From: an uncultured virus (IMG/VR IMGVR_UViG_3300000304_000038)
Lineage: Duplodnaviria > Heunggongvirae > Uroviricota > Caudoviricetes
Length of the DNA stretch: 64,000 nt
Strand: one strand, 5' to 3'
IMG/VR virus record: IMGVR_UViG_3300000304_000038
Position 1 is the stretch's first letter; each line of letters opens with the position of its first letter. Below the pieces are notes generated by a model. The model had not been told where the DNA came from and searched no databases. It saw only the letters and a list, made by a program, of their open reading frames with translations. The position numbers were made by a program, and so were the translations under genes. Shown one piece after another: positions 30,161 through 39,736 of this stretch.

Positions 30161-30508
30161 TTGAAGATGGATATTGTTTCTGAGTTGACCGGAATGTTGA
30201 ACATTCCGATTCTCATTCTAGGTCTTTTGATTGGTTTTGTGGTAAAGCATGTTATTTCTGACGAGACCATTCAGAATAAGTGGATTCCTGTAATCAACGT
30301 TGTCGTTGGTGCTATCCTTGGTATTGTTCTTTGCGTTACTGGCGGCGCGGCTGTTACTGCTGAGGCTATTCTTCTTGCTATCATTGGGGGAGCAGTATCT
30401 TGTGTTGCTAGCTCGGGCTGCTACGATGCCTTCGCTGCATTCATCGAGAAGGGTCAAACCGATGATAGCTCCACTATTAATGTAGACACTGAGGAGGCTG
30501 AAGGCTAA
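30161..30508 (+). CDS. Holin
   Basis: Three hydrophobic segments, 'NKWIP' motif, upstream of the endolysin. Confidence 0.85.
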   Translation: MKMDIVSELTGMLNIPILILGLLIGFVVKHVISDETIQNKWIPVINVVVGAILGIVLCVTGGAAVTAEAILLAIIGGAVSCVASSGCYDAFAAFIEKGQTDDSSTINVDTEEAEG

Positions 30509-30624
30509 TGGCAGATGTTCTAGAAGATGTTGTTGAAGCTCCTGTAGAGGGAGAGGATACTTCTATTGAGATTGTTCTCGAAGGACACGACCTCAATGAG
30601 GATATGAGAGGGGACGAAGAATAA
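30508..30624 (+). CDS. Acidic 38-aa peptide (not in the ORF track)
   Basis: MADVLEDVVEAPVEGEDTSIEIVLEGHDLNEDMRGDEE*; TAATG overlap with the holin; its TAA abuts the endolysin ATG in frame. Confidence 0.6.
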   Translation: MADVLEDVVEAPVEGEDTSIEIVLEGHDLNEDMRGDEE

Positions 30625-31803
30625 ATGTCTTATACTATCTCTAAGTATCATGGTAGCTATAATATCGTAAGACGCAGCGCCACCGTCAAGTACATTGTAT
30701 GCCACTATACTGGCTCTGGTACTTCTGCTACTGGCTCTGCTCGTGCTAACTGCATCTATTTCTCTGGCGGAAACCGCAATGCTTCCGCCCACTATTTCAT
30801 CGATGATGGCTCTATCTATGAATACGCTGACCCTGCGGCTTATGCCACTTGGCATTGCGGTGACGGTCATGGAGCATATGGAATCACCAACGCTAACTCT
30901 ATCGGCATCGAAGTCTGCATGAATGGTAACAATCCTTACACTGCGGCTGAGATCGATAGACTCACTTGGCTTGTCCAAAAGCTGATGAAGCAGTTCAACG
31001 TCCCTGCAAGCCGCGTTGTTCGTCACTATGACGCAAGCCGCAAGGCATGTCCTTACTACTACACTCCTGCTGGTGCGGGTGGAAACGCCGCATGGAACAC
31101 TCTGCGTGCTCAAATTACTGGTGGAGCAGTAAGTGGCAATGTCTCCGGTGGAGGTTCTTCCTCTTCTGGCGGCTCTAGCTCTTCTGGTTCCGCTCATACC
31201 GGAACCGGCTTTGGCGGCGTATATGTATGTCAGGTTGCCGCGCTCAATGTCCGCAGCGCGCCTTCCACCTCTGCCAGCGTCGTTGCCCAGTACAAGAAGG
31301 GACAGACTGTTACACTTGATGATTGGTATAAAATCAGCGGTGGCTGGGTCTGGGGACGCTACACTGGTGCTTCCTCTGGCCTAAAGCGTTATGTCGCTGT
31401 TGGTAAGCCTACTGGTGGTGTCGCTGCCGACGATTATCTAATCAAGAAGGGTGCAAGCGTTGGCTCTTCTAGTAGCTCTGGCAAGAGCGTTGATACCGTT
31501 GCTCGTGAGGTAATCGCGGGCAAGTGGGGTACTGGTAACATCCGCAAGCAAAGACTTGAGGCTGCTGGCTATAATTATAACACCGTACAGAATCGAGTCA
31601 ATGAGCTTCTGGGAGTAAAGACTTCTTCTGGCTCTCGCCCTTCTAAGAAGAGCAACACAGAGATTGCCAAGGAGATTATTAGGGGCACCTGCTCTGACTC
31701 TCGTTGGAGCACATGGGGTACCGGCAATACTCGTAAGCAAAGACTAGAGGCTGCTGGATATAACTATAATGCGGTCCAAAAGATTGTGAACCAACTACTC
31801 TAA
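30625..31803 (+). CDS. Endolysin: Amidase_2 + SH3b + two CW_7 repeats
   Basis: 'IVCHYT', 'ASAHYFID', 'WHCG', 'SIGIE', 'HYDASRKACP'; 'LNVRSAPST' SH3; 'VAREVIAGKWGTG..RKQRLEAAGYNY..VQ.RVN' CW_7. Confidence 0.92.
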   Translation: MSYTISKYHGSYNIVRRSATVKYIVCHYTGSGTSATGSARANCIYFSGGNRNASAHYFIDDGSIYEYADPAAYATWHCGDGHGAYGITNANSIGIEVCMNGNNPYTAAEIDRLTWLVQKLMKQFNVPASRVVRHYDASRKACPYYYTPAGAGGNAAWNTLRAQITGGAVSGNVSGGGSSSSGGSSSSGSAHTGTGFGGVYVCQVAALNVRSAPSTSASVVAQYKKGQTVTLDDWYKISGGWVWGRYTGASSGLKRYVAVGKPTGGVAADDYLIKKGASVGSSSSSGKSVDTVAREVIAGKWGTGNIRKQRLEAAGYNYNTVQNRVNELLGVKTSSGSRPSKKSNTEIAKEIIRGTCSDSRWSTWGTGNTRKQRLEAAGYNYNAVQKIVNQLL

Positions 31804-31810
31804 ACAAATA

Positions 31811-31848
31811 AAGGGGGTACTCGTAAAGAGTACCCCCTATTTTTTTTA
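31811..31848. terminator. Bidirectional terminator between the convergent arms
   Basis: A-run, GGGGGTACTC-GTAAA-GAGTACCCCC, T-run. Confidence 0.85.
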
Positions 31849-31853
31849 TGCCT

Positions 31854-32114
31854 TTAGCAAGTCACTTTATTCGCATCTATATTTGGATTCATCCACCACG
31901 GAGCATTCTCGTAAGTGAGAACTGGACAATAATTTTGTCTTTCTCGGAACTCCTTGAAGCAATCATCGCAAAGAGCAAATTTGATGCCTAAGACATTGAC
32001 CTCGTTCAAATGCCCGTATTTGCCGCAATTGTGGCAATACTGCCTGACAGTCTGATGATATTCTATCGTTGGAGGCGGGGCGGCATCAAGAACATAACTA
32101 CTACGAGAATCCAA
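31854..32114 (-). CDS. Small Zn-finger hypothetical protein
   Basis: AGGAGG RBS with TTG at 32114; CxxC...CxxC. Confidence 0.55.
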   Translation of the reverse strand: MDSRSSYVLDAAPPPTIEYHQTVRQYCHNCGKYGHLNEVNVLGIKFALCDDCFKEFRERQNYCPVLTYENAPWWMNPNIDANKVTC

Positions 32115-32592
32115 TGGTATTCTCCTCCTTCTCTTTGATTGCGGCCATGCCGAGACAAATCGCATCGGCTTCATCGCTTGAAATAACCACACCATACTTC
32201 TCTTGGACTAATTCGATTGCGTGTTCCTTTTGTTCTTGGCGTTTGCGGCCAAAGCCTCCTCCGAGAACTTTCCGCCAATGACTAGCAGAGAGTATCTCAT
32301 AAGATACCTCGTTGACCGCACACCATAAAATGATTGTTGCTTGGACGTAGGCAAGATGTTTGTATGTCAAAGCATTCCCGGCTTGTAACTGAATATCCTC
32401 GAAATAGATTTTCTCGAATTGGTAGTCATGCCACAGCTCGTTCAATTGCCGCCAGATATCCATCAACCGTCTTTCCATCTTTTGGTCCGGTTTGATTGAG
32501 AAAGCCTCGTAATGAACCAGCTTCTTGTTCTCAAAAATGGCCGCACCGGAGACTTTTAGACTCTGATCTAGTGCTAGTATGGTGTAGGACAT
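32101..32592 (-). CDS. ruvC: RuvC-like Holliday junction resolvase
   Basis: 'ILALDQS...G', 'FEDIQ', 'S.W...', 'DEADAI' RNase H-fold motifs. Confidence 0.85.
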   Translation of the reverse strand: MSYTILALDQSLKVSGAAIFENKKLVHYEAFSIKPDQKMERRLMDIWRQLNELWHDYQFEKIYFEDIQLQAGNALTYKHLAYVQATIILWCAVNEVSYEILSASHWRKVLGGGFGRKRQEQKEHAIELVQEKYGVVISSDEADAICLGMAAIKEKEENTIGFS

Positions 32593-33449
32593 ATGTTATC
32601 AATTGCTCTCGTAAATAGCTTGGCAAATAGAATGCGAACCGTGATGGGGCCGATGCCTCCAAGAGCGGGAACGTATTTCGTACCATTTCGCTCCAGTACG
32701 TCCTCGGGGAAGTCCCCTACCATGCGGCCATCTTTTTCGTGCATTCCGACATTGATTACAGTGGTATTTGGCAGTTCCTCCCCAAGATAGGTATCGTCTA
32801 ATCTTGTCCAATCACTATCTCCTGCACCACAGACAAGAAAACTATTATCCTTGAAATATGAGGCGCGGGCCTTGCTTTTTGAGTGGAAGACAGATACCGC
32901 AAAGTCGCTATGTTTCAACAGCAACAGAGAAAGCGGTAGTCCAAGAGTGTCAGAGCGACTGACGATTGTAACCTGAGAGTTCCATTCACTATCTATCGAA
33001 ACAAAATAATCTTCTTCTGCGATATACTTGATCGCCGCATAGACGGCCAGAGCGGTACATGGCATATAGGATTCATCCTCAAACCACTTTCTCTTGGACG
33101 AATCTAGAAAACAATCTAGGTCTTTCTCAGGATAAGAGTCTAAGAATTTTATTAGTATCTTGCGGACTTGTTCATCGAACTTTGAAAGAACAATGAACCC
33201 GTCGCATCTCTTTGCCTTTCCTGCTAGAGTGTTCCAATCAGAACCCCCAACAAAGAAGTATTCAATTCTGACTTCGTAAGTATCGGCCACTTTTTGTATG
33301 GTGTTTCTATAAGAATCTTCAGGCAGCTCTTCACTCAAGTTATCCATGACAACCAGTAGACAAACTTCTTCTGGTACTGCAAATTTTGGGTCCAGATACT
33401 TCTCTGTGATTTTCTTCTTCAGAGGATATAAATCGATTCTTCCACTCAT
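32574..33449 (-). CDS. folD: Divergent FolD-like methylene-THF dehydrogenase/cyclohydrolase
   Basis: 'PEKDLD', 'PCT', 'VSRS..LG.PL..LL', 'HSK', 'INVG', 'GD', 'GGIGPITV'. Confidence 0.75.
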   Translation of the reverse strand: MSGRIDLYPLKKKITEKYLDPKFAVPEEVCLLVVMDNLSEELPEDSYRNTIQKVADTYEVRIEYFFVGGSDWNTLAGKAKRCDGFIVLSKFDEQVRKILIKFLDSYPEKDLDCFLDSSKRKWFEDESYMPCTALAVYAAIKYIAEEDYFVSIDSEWNSQVTIVSRSDTLGLPLSLLLLKHSDFAVSVFHSKSKARASYFKDNSFLVCGAGDSDWTRLDDTYLGEELPNTTVINVGMHEKDGRMVGDFPEDVLERNGTKYVPALGGIGPITVRILFAKLFTRAIDNICPTPY

Positions 33450-33451
33450 AT

Positions 33452-33964
33452 TTATGCTCCTGATGTTCCGAACCCACCCCTTGAATCATCGTCAAGAGAA
33501 ACTACCTCGTCAAAGATAATCTGCGGCTGAACTTTGTTGATACGGAACTGGCAAAGACGAGTCCCCTTTGGAATTGTCACTGGACGAGTAGCATATACGG
33601 GATAGCGCCACATGNNNNNNNNNNNNNNNNNNNNNNNNNNNNNNNNNNNNNNNNNNNNNNNNNNNNNNNNNNNNNNNNNNNNNNNNNNNNNNNNNNNNNN
33701 NNNNNNNNNNNNNNNAGTTGGGTCTACCAATCCCTCGCTATTCGTTTGAAGAACGCCCCATCGCTTGAAGGTAGAAGAACGTGGAAGAAGATATGCCTCA
33801 TAACCCTCTGGTAGCTTCATAGCAACGCCAAGAGGAATGGTAGTATATTCGCCTTCTTGGAGAGTGGTGTCCTCGTAGCAATAGAGGTCAATCCAAGAGC
33901 CATTGGGGTTTACCGAGAGGTGCGGCGAATTGGGCCAATATTGAATCTTGATTGTCTCGCACAC
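33452..33964 (-). CDS. dut: Trimeric dUTPase (contains an assembly gap)
   Basis: 'WIDL', 'PRSS', 'G.VD', 'RLCQ', 'RGGFGTSG' motifs. Confidence 0.9.
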   Translation of the reverse strand: MCETIKIQYWPNSPHLSVNPNGSWIDLYCYEDTTLQEGEYTTIPLGVAMKLPEGYEAYLLPRSSTFKRWGVLQTNSEGLVDPTXXXXXXXXXXXXXXXXXXXXXXXXXXXXXXXXXXMWRYPVYATRPVTIPKGTRLCQFRINKVQPQIIFDEVVSLDDDSRGGFGTSGA

Positions 33965-34257
33965 TAGGCAACACTCTCACTCTCTGCGGCGTCAGGCTCT
34001 TCTGTGTAATATTTTACGGGGCCGTAAGCAGGACGAATAGGTTCCTTCTCGGAATTGAACTTCTTCTTTACAGTTACGACATAGTAATAACCGATAAGCT
34101 CCTTGCCTTCCTTGTCTGCCTTTTCGGTATAGCCAAAGCTGTTGATATCATAGCCTTGCTTGCCGCCATCCTCATAGAGCCACTTCTTGAATGCGTCAAC
34201 GTCAGTTAGGTCCTCTAGACGATACTTCTCAGTTGTCTCAAGAATATACTTTAGCAC
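33964..34257 (-). CDS. Hypothetical protein
   Basis: 97 aa, AAGGAG RBS, tightly packed. Confidence 0.7.
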   Translation of the reverse strand: MLKYILETTEKYRLEDLTDVDAFKKWLYEDGGKQGYDINSFGYTEKADKEGKELIGYYYVVTVKKKFNSEKEPIRPAYGPVKYYTEEPDAAESESVA

Positions 34258-34259
34258 TT

Positions 34260-34529
34260 CTACTCCTTTCCCGGTGACACGAGCGAGATTTCCGCAATCT
34301 CCGCCGTATCGAACTCCTTCTCAATCTTATCTTTGATTCCTTCGATATAACTCTGGGGACCATAGAGAGTACACATATCAAATGCACCGTAGTTCTCTAG
34401 AAGCTCGACCATAGCAGGAATCATATCCGGCTCGAAAGCTAGAGAGCGGGCAATCTCGTTGTCTTCTGCATCTGCCACGATGATGTTCAGAGCTGCCTCT
34501 GGAAAGGCCGCAATAATAAGCTGATTCAT
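34260..34529 (-). CDS. Hypothetical protein
   Basis: 89 aa, acidic, AGGAGG RBS. Confidence 0.7.
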   Translation of the reverse strand: MNQLIIAAFPEAALNIIVADAEDNEIARSLAFEPDMIPAMVELLENYGAFDMCTLYGPQSYIEGIKDKIEKEFDTAEIAEISLVSPGKE

Positions 34530-34539
34530 TCAAATCCTC

Positions 34540-34977
34540 CTAAATCTCGATAATGAAATCGCCGCACATAAAGAGCTTATACATATGAACCTTGCCGTCT
34601 AGAGAAGACACCAGCCAGAAGTCGTATGTGTTGGTATCATGGTTATACACGATATCCTTTAGGTCTTTGGCTCTTGTGTGAATAAGATTACACAGTTCCT
34701 CTTTTCCAAGAGAGTAGTTTGGATTCTTGAAATTGAAAATTGTAAAATCAAATAGCTCACGGCAGAAGAACATAAAGTATTTGTTATCTGGTTCAGAAGA
34801 GAACCACATGGCCGTATTCTGGAGCATCTGCTCAAACTTCTTTGGGTCGATTGATGGCAGTTGCTCATAGAAATATAGATTCATATCATAGAGGGTTCCC
34901 ACTGTGGCCTTCTTTTGACCACTCTCTTGGATTTTCTCCTTTGTGCTCTTGGGTTTGAATTGAATTACGTCTCCCAA
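34540..34977 (-). CDS. Hypothetical protein
   Basis: AAAGGAG RBS with TTG at 34977, downstream of a promoter. Confidence 0.65.
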   Translation of the reverse strand: MGDVIQFKPKSTKEKIQESGQKKATVGTLYDMNLYFYEQLPSIDPKKFEQMLQNTAMWFSSEPDNKYFMFFCRELFDFTIFNFKNPNYSLGKEELCNLIHTRAKDLKDIVYNHDTNTYDFWLVSSLDGKVHMYKLFMCGDFIIEI

Positions 34978-35007
34978 AGAAACTCCTTTCTCTCGTTCCT
35001 TTTTTAT

Positions 35008-35037
35008 ATTATAGCAAACATTGGCCGCACAAGTCAA
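35008..35037 (-). promoter_or_regulatory. Sigma70/SigA-type promoter
   Basis: TTGACT-N18-TATAAT with TG extended -10. Confidence 0.7.
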
Positions 35038-35040
35038 TAA

Positions 35041-35100
35041 AAAAAATAGCCACAACTACCAACTTTATATTCAATTGTAGGTAGTTGTGGCTTTATTTTT
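35041..35100 (-). terminator. Terminator after nrdG
   Basis: AGCCACAACTACC / GGTAGTTGTGGCT stem flanked by A- and T-runs. Confidence 0.75.
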
Positions 35101-35692
35101 ATATACAGTAAAGAATTGGATTTTGTCCTAGGCCATGTGCTAGAGTTGTTTGAACAGATATGACCCTTTGATTGGACGAGCCGCGCCATTTGAGAGTCAA
35201 GTCTTTTTTCTCTTGGATGAAAGGTCCATCTACGAGAACATCAATGTTCTCTAGAAGAATTTGCAAGTTGGCTTTATCTTCCAATGTCCATCCAGTCTGC
35301 TTGCCTCTAGTTTTGATTCCTATTTGAATTGCATTACCATAGGCTAAATCATAAATCTCCTCCCAAAGATATCCAGACCAAAGCCAAATTTTCTTTTGCG
35401 GCCAATGGCTTTTTATTTTGAGACAAAGTGTGGATAGCTCTGGCATATTTTCTTTTAGTAGAGGTTCCCCGCCTATCACTGCAACATGATCTATATAAGT
35501 CTTATCTAATAGATTTAGAATTTGTTCTTCTATTTCTTTCGTATATTGTTTACCAAAAAACATATTTTGTGCTTCTGGGTTGAAACAACCGGGACAATGC
35601 ATTCTACATCCACTCAAACAAATGGTTACGCCGACTCCTTGGCCGTTTTGTAGATCGGCATCATAAATAGCATTGATATACATATTATTCAC
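35099..35692 (-). CDS. nrdG: Anaerobic ribonucleotide reductase activase
   Basis: 'NGQG', 'GCRMHCPGCFN', 'GGEP', 'DVLVDGPF...WRGSSNQR'. Confidence 0.95.
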   Translation of the reverse strand: MNNMYINAIYDADLQNGQGVGVTICLSGCRMHCPGCFNPEAQNMFFGKQYTKEIEEQILNLLDKTYIDHVAVIGGEPLLKENMPELSTLCLKIKSHWPQKKIWLWSGYLWEEIYDLAYGNAIQIGIKTRGKQTGWTLEDKANLQILLENIDVLVDGPFIQEKKDLTLKWRGSSNQRVISVQTTLAHGLGQNPILYCI

Positions 35693-36416
35693 CCAGTTTA
35701 TTTATATGGTCATGTTTGACTCTATCTTCTGTCTCTGCTACTTTTCCCGAGTTGAAGGCCGTCTTGTAGTCTCCTGTCAAATCAACATTATTTTGTTGGA
35801 CTATTTCTTGCTCCGTAGAGCCAGTGTGTTTAGTCTCTGCATTTAGATATTCAATATCAAAATCTAGAATTTTTTTACTTTTTCTTTTTAGTCTGTAGCG
35901 GATACTTTCAAAAGTTCCATTATATCTTGCTGCTAAAAAACGAGAACATGCAGCATAGCTCTCAAATATATATTGTTCCTGCCCGTTCGTTATCCTTACA
36001 GGCTTCATCCTCTGTTGTCGAGCTAATTCTAGATTTTGACTACCTTGTTTAGAGATATTTGAATGGTCTCTATTCTTCATTTGTTCGCTTTTAGAAACGT
36101 ATCTAAGATTACGATAGTCGTTATTATGAGTATTTCTATCTATATGGTCAACCTCTAGTCCGTTAGGACATGGACCCAACCAACATTCTGCAACTACTCG
36201 ATGTATCATCACTCTTTTAGGTTTCTTCTTGTATCGACAAAAAGTAACATAGTATCCTACTTCTGAGTGGTGCATGTCTAATTTTATTTTATTTTGTTTT
36301 TTAGATTTTACATTTCTAAAAATAGTGCCATTCTCATTTACTTCGTATAAGAATCCTAAAGAAGGTATTTTTCTAAACTCAAGGTTTGCATTTTGCATCT
36401 CTTGATACCCCTCCAA
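35685..36416 (-). CDS. Intron-encoded HNH homing endonuclease, reading through into nrdD exon 3
   Basis: 'IHRVVAE.W...EVDHIDRN..NN...NL.Y'; its last 31 aa are the NrdD C-terminus. Confidence 0.85.
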   Translation of the reverse strand: MEGYQEMQNANLEFRKIPSLGFLYEVNENGTIFRNVKSKKQNKIKLDMHHSEVGYYVTFCRYKKKPKRVMIHRVVAECWLGPCPNGLEVDHIDRNTHNNDYRNLRYVSKSEQMKNRDHSNISKQGSQNLELARQQRMKPVRITNGQEQYIFESYAACSRFLAARYNGTFESIRYRLKRKSKKILDFDIEYLNAETKHTGSTEQEIVQQNNVDLTGDYKTAFNSGKVAETEDRVKHDHINKLGE

Positions 36417-39400
36417 TCATTATTTTATTTCCGACCCTTATTAGGGTACCAATTAGAGGAATCCTCTATTTAGTAGAGGTTTACACTAGTTTAGGGGCAT
36501 TTCCACAGGGATAACCCCGTCACCCGTCTTAGCTGTTGGATATGTTCACTACCGCATTCAGGGCATGATTCATTGAATTCGTCAGTGTATCCACAATCTA
36601 GACAAGTATCATTGGGTACGTTGATAGCAAAGTAAGGAATATCTTTGTCCATAGCATAATTGACAATAGTTTCAAGTCCATCGATATTATTCTTTACACT
36701 GCCCTCTAGCTCGACATAGGTAATGCAACCTGCTGAGCTATAATTTGTAAGTTGAGATTCAATATCTATCTTTTCAAAAGGAGTTAGCTTTTTCCAAACA
36801 GGAACATGGATACTATTTGTAAAATATTCCTTGTCAGAAACATTTGGAATAATGCCGTATTTTGCTTGGAATTTTTTCATTGCGGTTTTACATAAATTTT
36901 CTGCCTTTTTGTTTGGACTATATTTTCATCGCACTTCTCGTGCGAGGCTACCCTTTCGTTTTTTTACGACTCTACTTTACCTTATCGGATTTCGATAGTC
37001 TCTACGCATTTATTACTCGTTGTAAAAAATATGTGCCACTTTTAGTTTTTGTTTTTGGCTTCCAGCCATTGTTACACTGTTGCCCGATTGTCTTTTCGTT
37101 TATTCCTGTTTGTCTAGAAGCTTCTTGTGCGTTCCAATATCTTCCTATCTCTTCATCAGTATAATAATCATACTGTATTATAATTGGGGGCGGGCATATT
37201 GACTTATCATCTTGAAACCTAAAATAAAAAGGTTTTCTTACCGGTTTTTTATATTTACATTGCCGCATAATAGTATTTACACTTATTCCGGTTTCTCGAT
37301 TAGCTTCTCTGGCACTCCCGTATCTTCCTAGTTCTTTATTTGTATAAGTATCAAACATCACAACAGGATGTGACTGAGAATCTTCGTATCCTTTGGCGTT
37401 TACTGCCAGACCATCATCAAATGCTTTCTGGGTGTTTTCTTTTGGTGTGGTCCAATATAAGTTTTCTACGCGATTATCGGATTTTATATTGTTTTTATGC
37501 CCGACAATAGGAAAGTTGTTTGGGTTATCTAAAAAGGCTTCTGCTACAAGAATATGAACTCGTCTTTGTCTATTTTGATAAATTTCCGCAGATATTTGAT
37601 ATTTTATTGGCGCATACACATATCCATTATGTTTATTGGTTATCAAACTATATTTGAAATATTCTCCATAATGTGCGTGAGGAGTTTTTATATCTTTGCG
37701 CCATCTATTTGGGACTGTACGAGTTTCAATTCCGTAGACCTCTCCACGAGGAGTTATCCAGCAGAGAGAATTTGGGATTTGTTTTGCATCTTTTGGTAAT
37801 TCTTGAACATAATGTGCCATATTACTCCAATCTTTTTTATTTGATATATGGCACTTTTTTACGAGTAAAATTAGCTCGGTATTCCTTTCGGTTCACCGAA
37901 TTAGGTAGCTTTCACAAAGTATTTTGCAATACTAAGCCCCCACAGAAGTTATATGTTACTCTCAGGGGTAAAATAAACTCCGAAATTTAGTTGATATTGA
38001 ACTTTGAATTCTTTACAACGTTGTTGAAACAGACTTTCAATTCTTTTTGCTAGGACCATTCCTTCTTCTGTAGTTTGGTCTGTCCCAATAAGAAGTTGCA
38101 AAGTTTCTGCAAGTCCAAGCTGTCCAAGAGCAAGAGTACCGTGTTTTAGGGCACTTCTAATACCTTCTTCTGGCATATATCCATACATAGTGCCATTTTC
38201 GTACATAAATTTAGCCGCTTCTGGAGGCTGAGAACAAATATATTCAAATCTTTCAAGAAGCATATCTTTTGCTTCATGTATTTTTTTGTCCAATAGAGTC
38301 ATAAATTTTTCTACATCTCTATCGGCTTCCATAGCAAGCGTCGGCATGATGATAGTCACAGGGCAGATATTTCCGCGACCATCTTTTAGTTGACCAAACC
38401 CGTTTATATCAAAACCGTTATAAGTTCTACAACCCATCGTAGCTGTATAAGTTCTTGGGTCATTACGGTCATATCCTTTATTCACTGACCAATCCACATT
38501 CACATAGTTAGGATATAGCCGCAAGGCGGTGGACTTCAGAGCTAGTCTGAACATATCATAGTTTGGTTCTCCCGGCTTACGATTCACACCTTTCATACAT
38601 TGAAAAATACCACATGGGAAGATACTTGTTCTATGAAGCTTTCCTAATCCTTCGATAGAAACTTCAAGCAAAGCCTTGATTACCATTCTGCCTTCTGGAA
38701 GAGTACAAGTACCATAGTTGATGCTAGTAAAAGGCAGTTGGTTGCCACTTCGAGATTGAAGGGTATTTAGATTGTGATACATTCCCTCTACCGCTTGGTG
38801 AGTCTCTTGGATAGTTTTATCCATAGCATATTTATATGCTATAGGATAGCGTTTATACAATGGATGTTCAATAGAATGAGATGTGACAAAAGTCCGATAT
38901 TCTTCTTTTGTGCGGCCCATACATTTATTAGCTAAATGGAGTTCGATTTGTTCGTTGTCCATACATTCACAATACTTCAGCCCATCAATAAAATGTTTGC
39001 CAAAACTTTTTCGGACATATGGAACCATCGTCCAATCAAGATGCGTGGCGGCTACACCGCCAAATTGCATAAGACTCTGCAACTGAAAGATTACTGCCAC
39101 TAATTGAAACGCGGTGTTGATTGAGTTGGCTGGCCGCACATCTGTTTGGCGAGTATTGAATCCTTTAGCGAGCAAATCATCAAATGGGATAGATAGGCAA
39201 TTATGGTCTCCAAGAGCGTAATGAGAAAGGTCGTGGATATAAATTTCATTGTTGAGATGATTATCACGAGACTTTTTACTCATTAGGTGATTGAGAGCAT
39301 ATTCTCTGAGCACCTCGTCTGCAACCTCCCCCATGCGGCCTCCGAATGAATGTTCATCTACATTGGCGTTTTGATTTTGCACATTAGAAGCAAAAAGCTT

Positions 39401-39736
39401 TGTGGCAATGCGATTGTCATAATCTTCTTTTTCTTTCTCCTGCCGTTCAAGCTCGTGTAGATATCTATAACGAATATACGCTTTAGCTACGTTATAGTAT
39501 CCTTTCTCCATCAGCACATGCTCTACGATATCTTGAATCTTCTCTACCGTGATAGTATCTCCAAGAGAGTCTTGCAAATGAATATAACTTAGAACTGTGC
39601 TGAGGATACTTTCATCATAGCAGTCTCTTTGCCCTATCTCTTGGAAGGCCCCATCGATTGCTCGCTTGATTTTGTCTTTATCAAACAATACTTTGCGGCC
39701 ATCGCGTTTTATAACATATTTACTCAATCGCATCAC
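35685..39736 (-). CDS. nrdD: Class III ribonucleotide reductase, three exons (39736-37964, 36904-36514, 35782-35685)
   Basis: ATP cone, 'IYIHD', 'GCR'. Splicing restores YFTP|AENLCKT and RRVTG-Y|LTGDYK (glycyl radical loop). Confidence 0.93.
35783..36513 (-). mobile_element. Group I intron nrdD-I2
   Basis: 5' exon ends in U, intron ends in G; GCAGAGACTA...ATAGTCC P7 elements; removal restores the frame. Confidence 0.88.
36905..37963 (-). mobile_element. Group I intron nrdD-I1
   Basis: CCU| ... AAAAAG| boundaries; GTAGAGACTA...ATATAGTCC core. Confidence 0.88.
37002..37820 (-). CDS. Intron-encoded HNH homing endonuclease with NUMOD1-like repeats
   Basis: 'VHILVAEAF..N...VGHKNNIKSDNRVENL.W'; two 'RY.SA.EA.R.TGI' repeats. 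Confidence 0.88.
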   Translation of the reverse strand: MAHYVQELPKDAKQIPNSLCWITPRGEVYGIETRTVPNRWRKDIKTPHAHYGEYFKYSLITNKHNGYVYAPIKYQISAEIYQNRQRRVHILVAEAFLDNPNNFPIVGHKNNIKSDNRVENLYWTTPKENTQKAFDDGLAVNAKGYEDSQSHPVVMFDTYTNKELGRYGSAREANRETGISVNTIMRQCKYKKPVRKPFYFRFQDDKSICPPPIIIQYDYYTDEEIGRYWNAQEASRQTGINEKTIGQQCNNGWKPKTKTKSGTYFLQRVINA

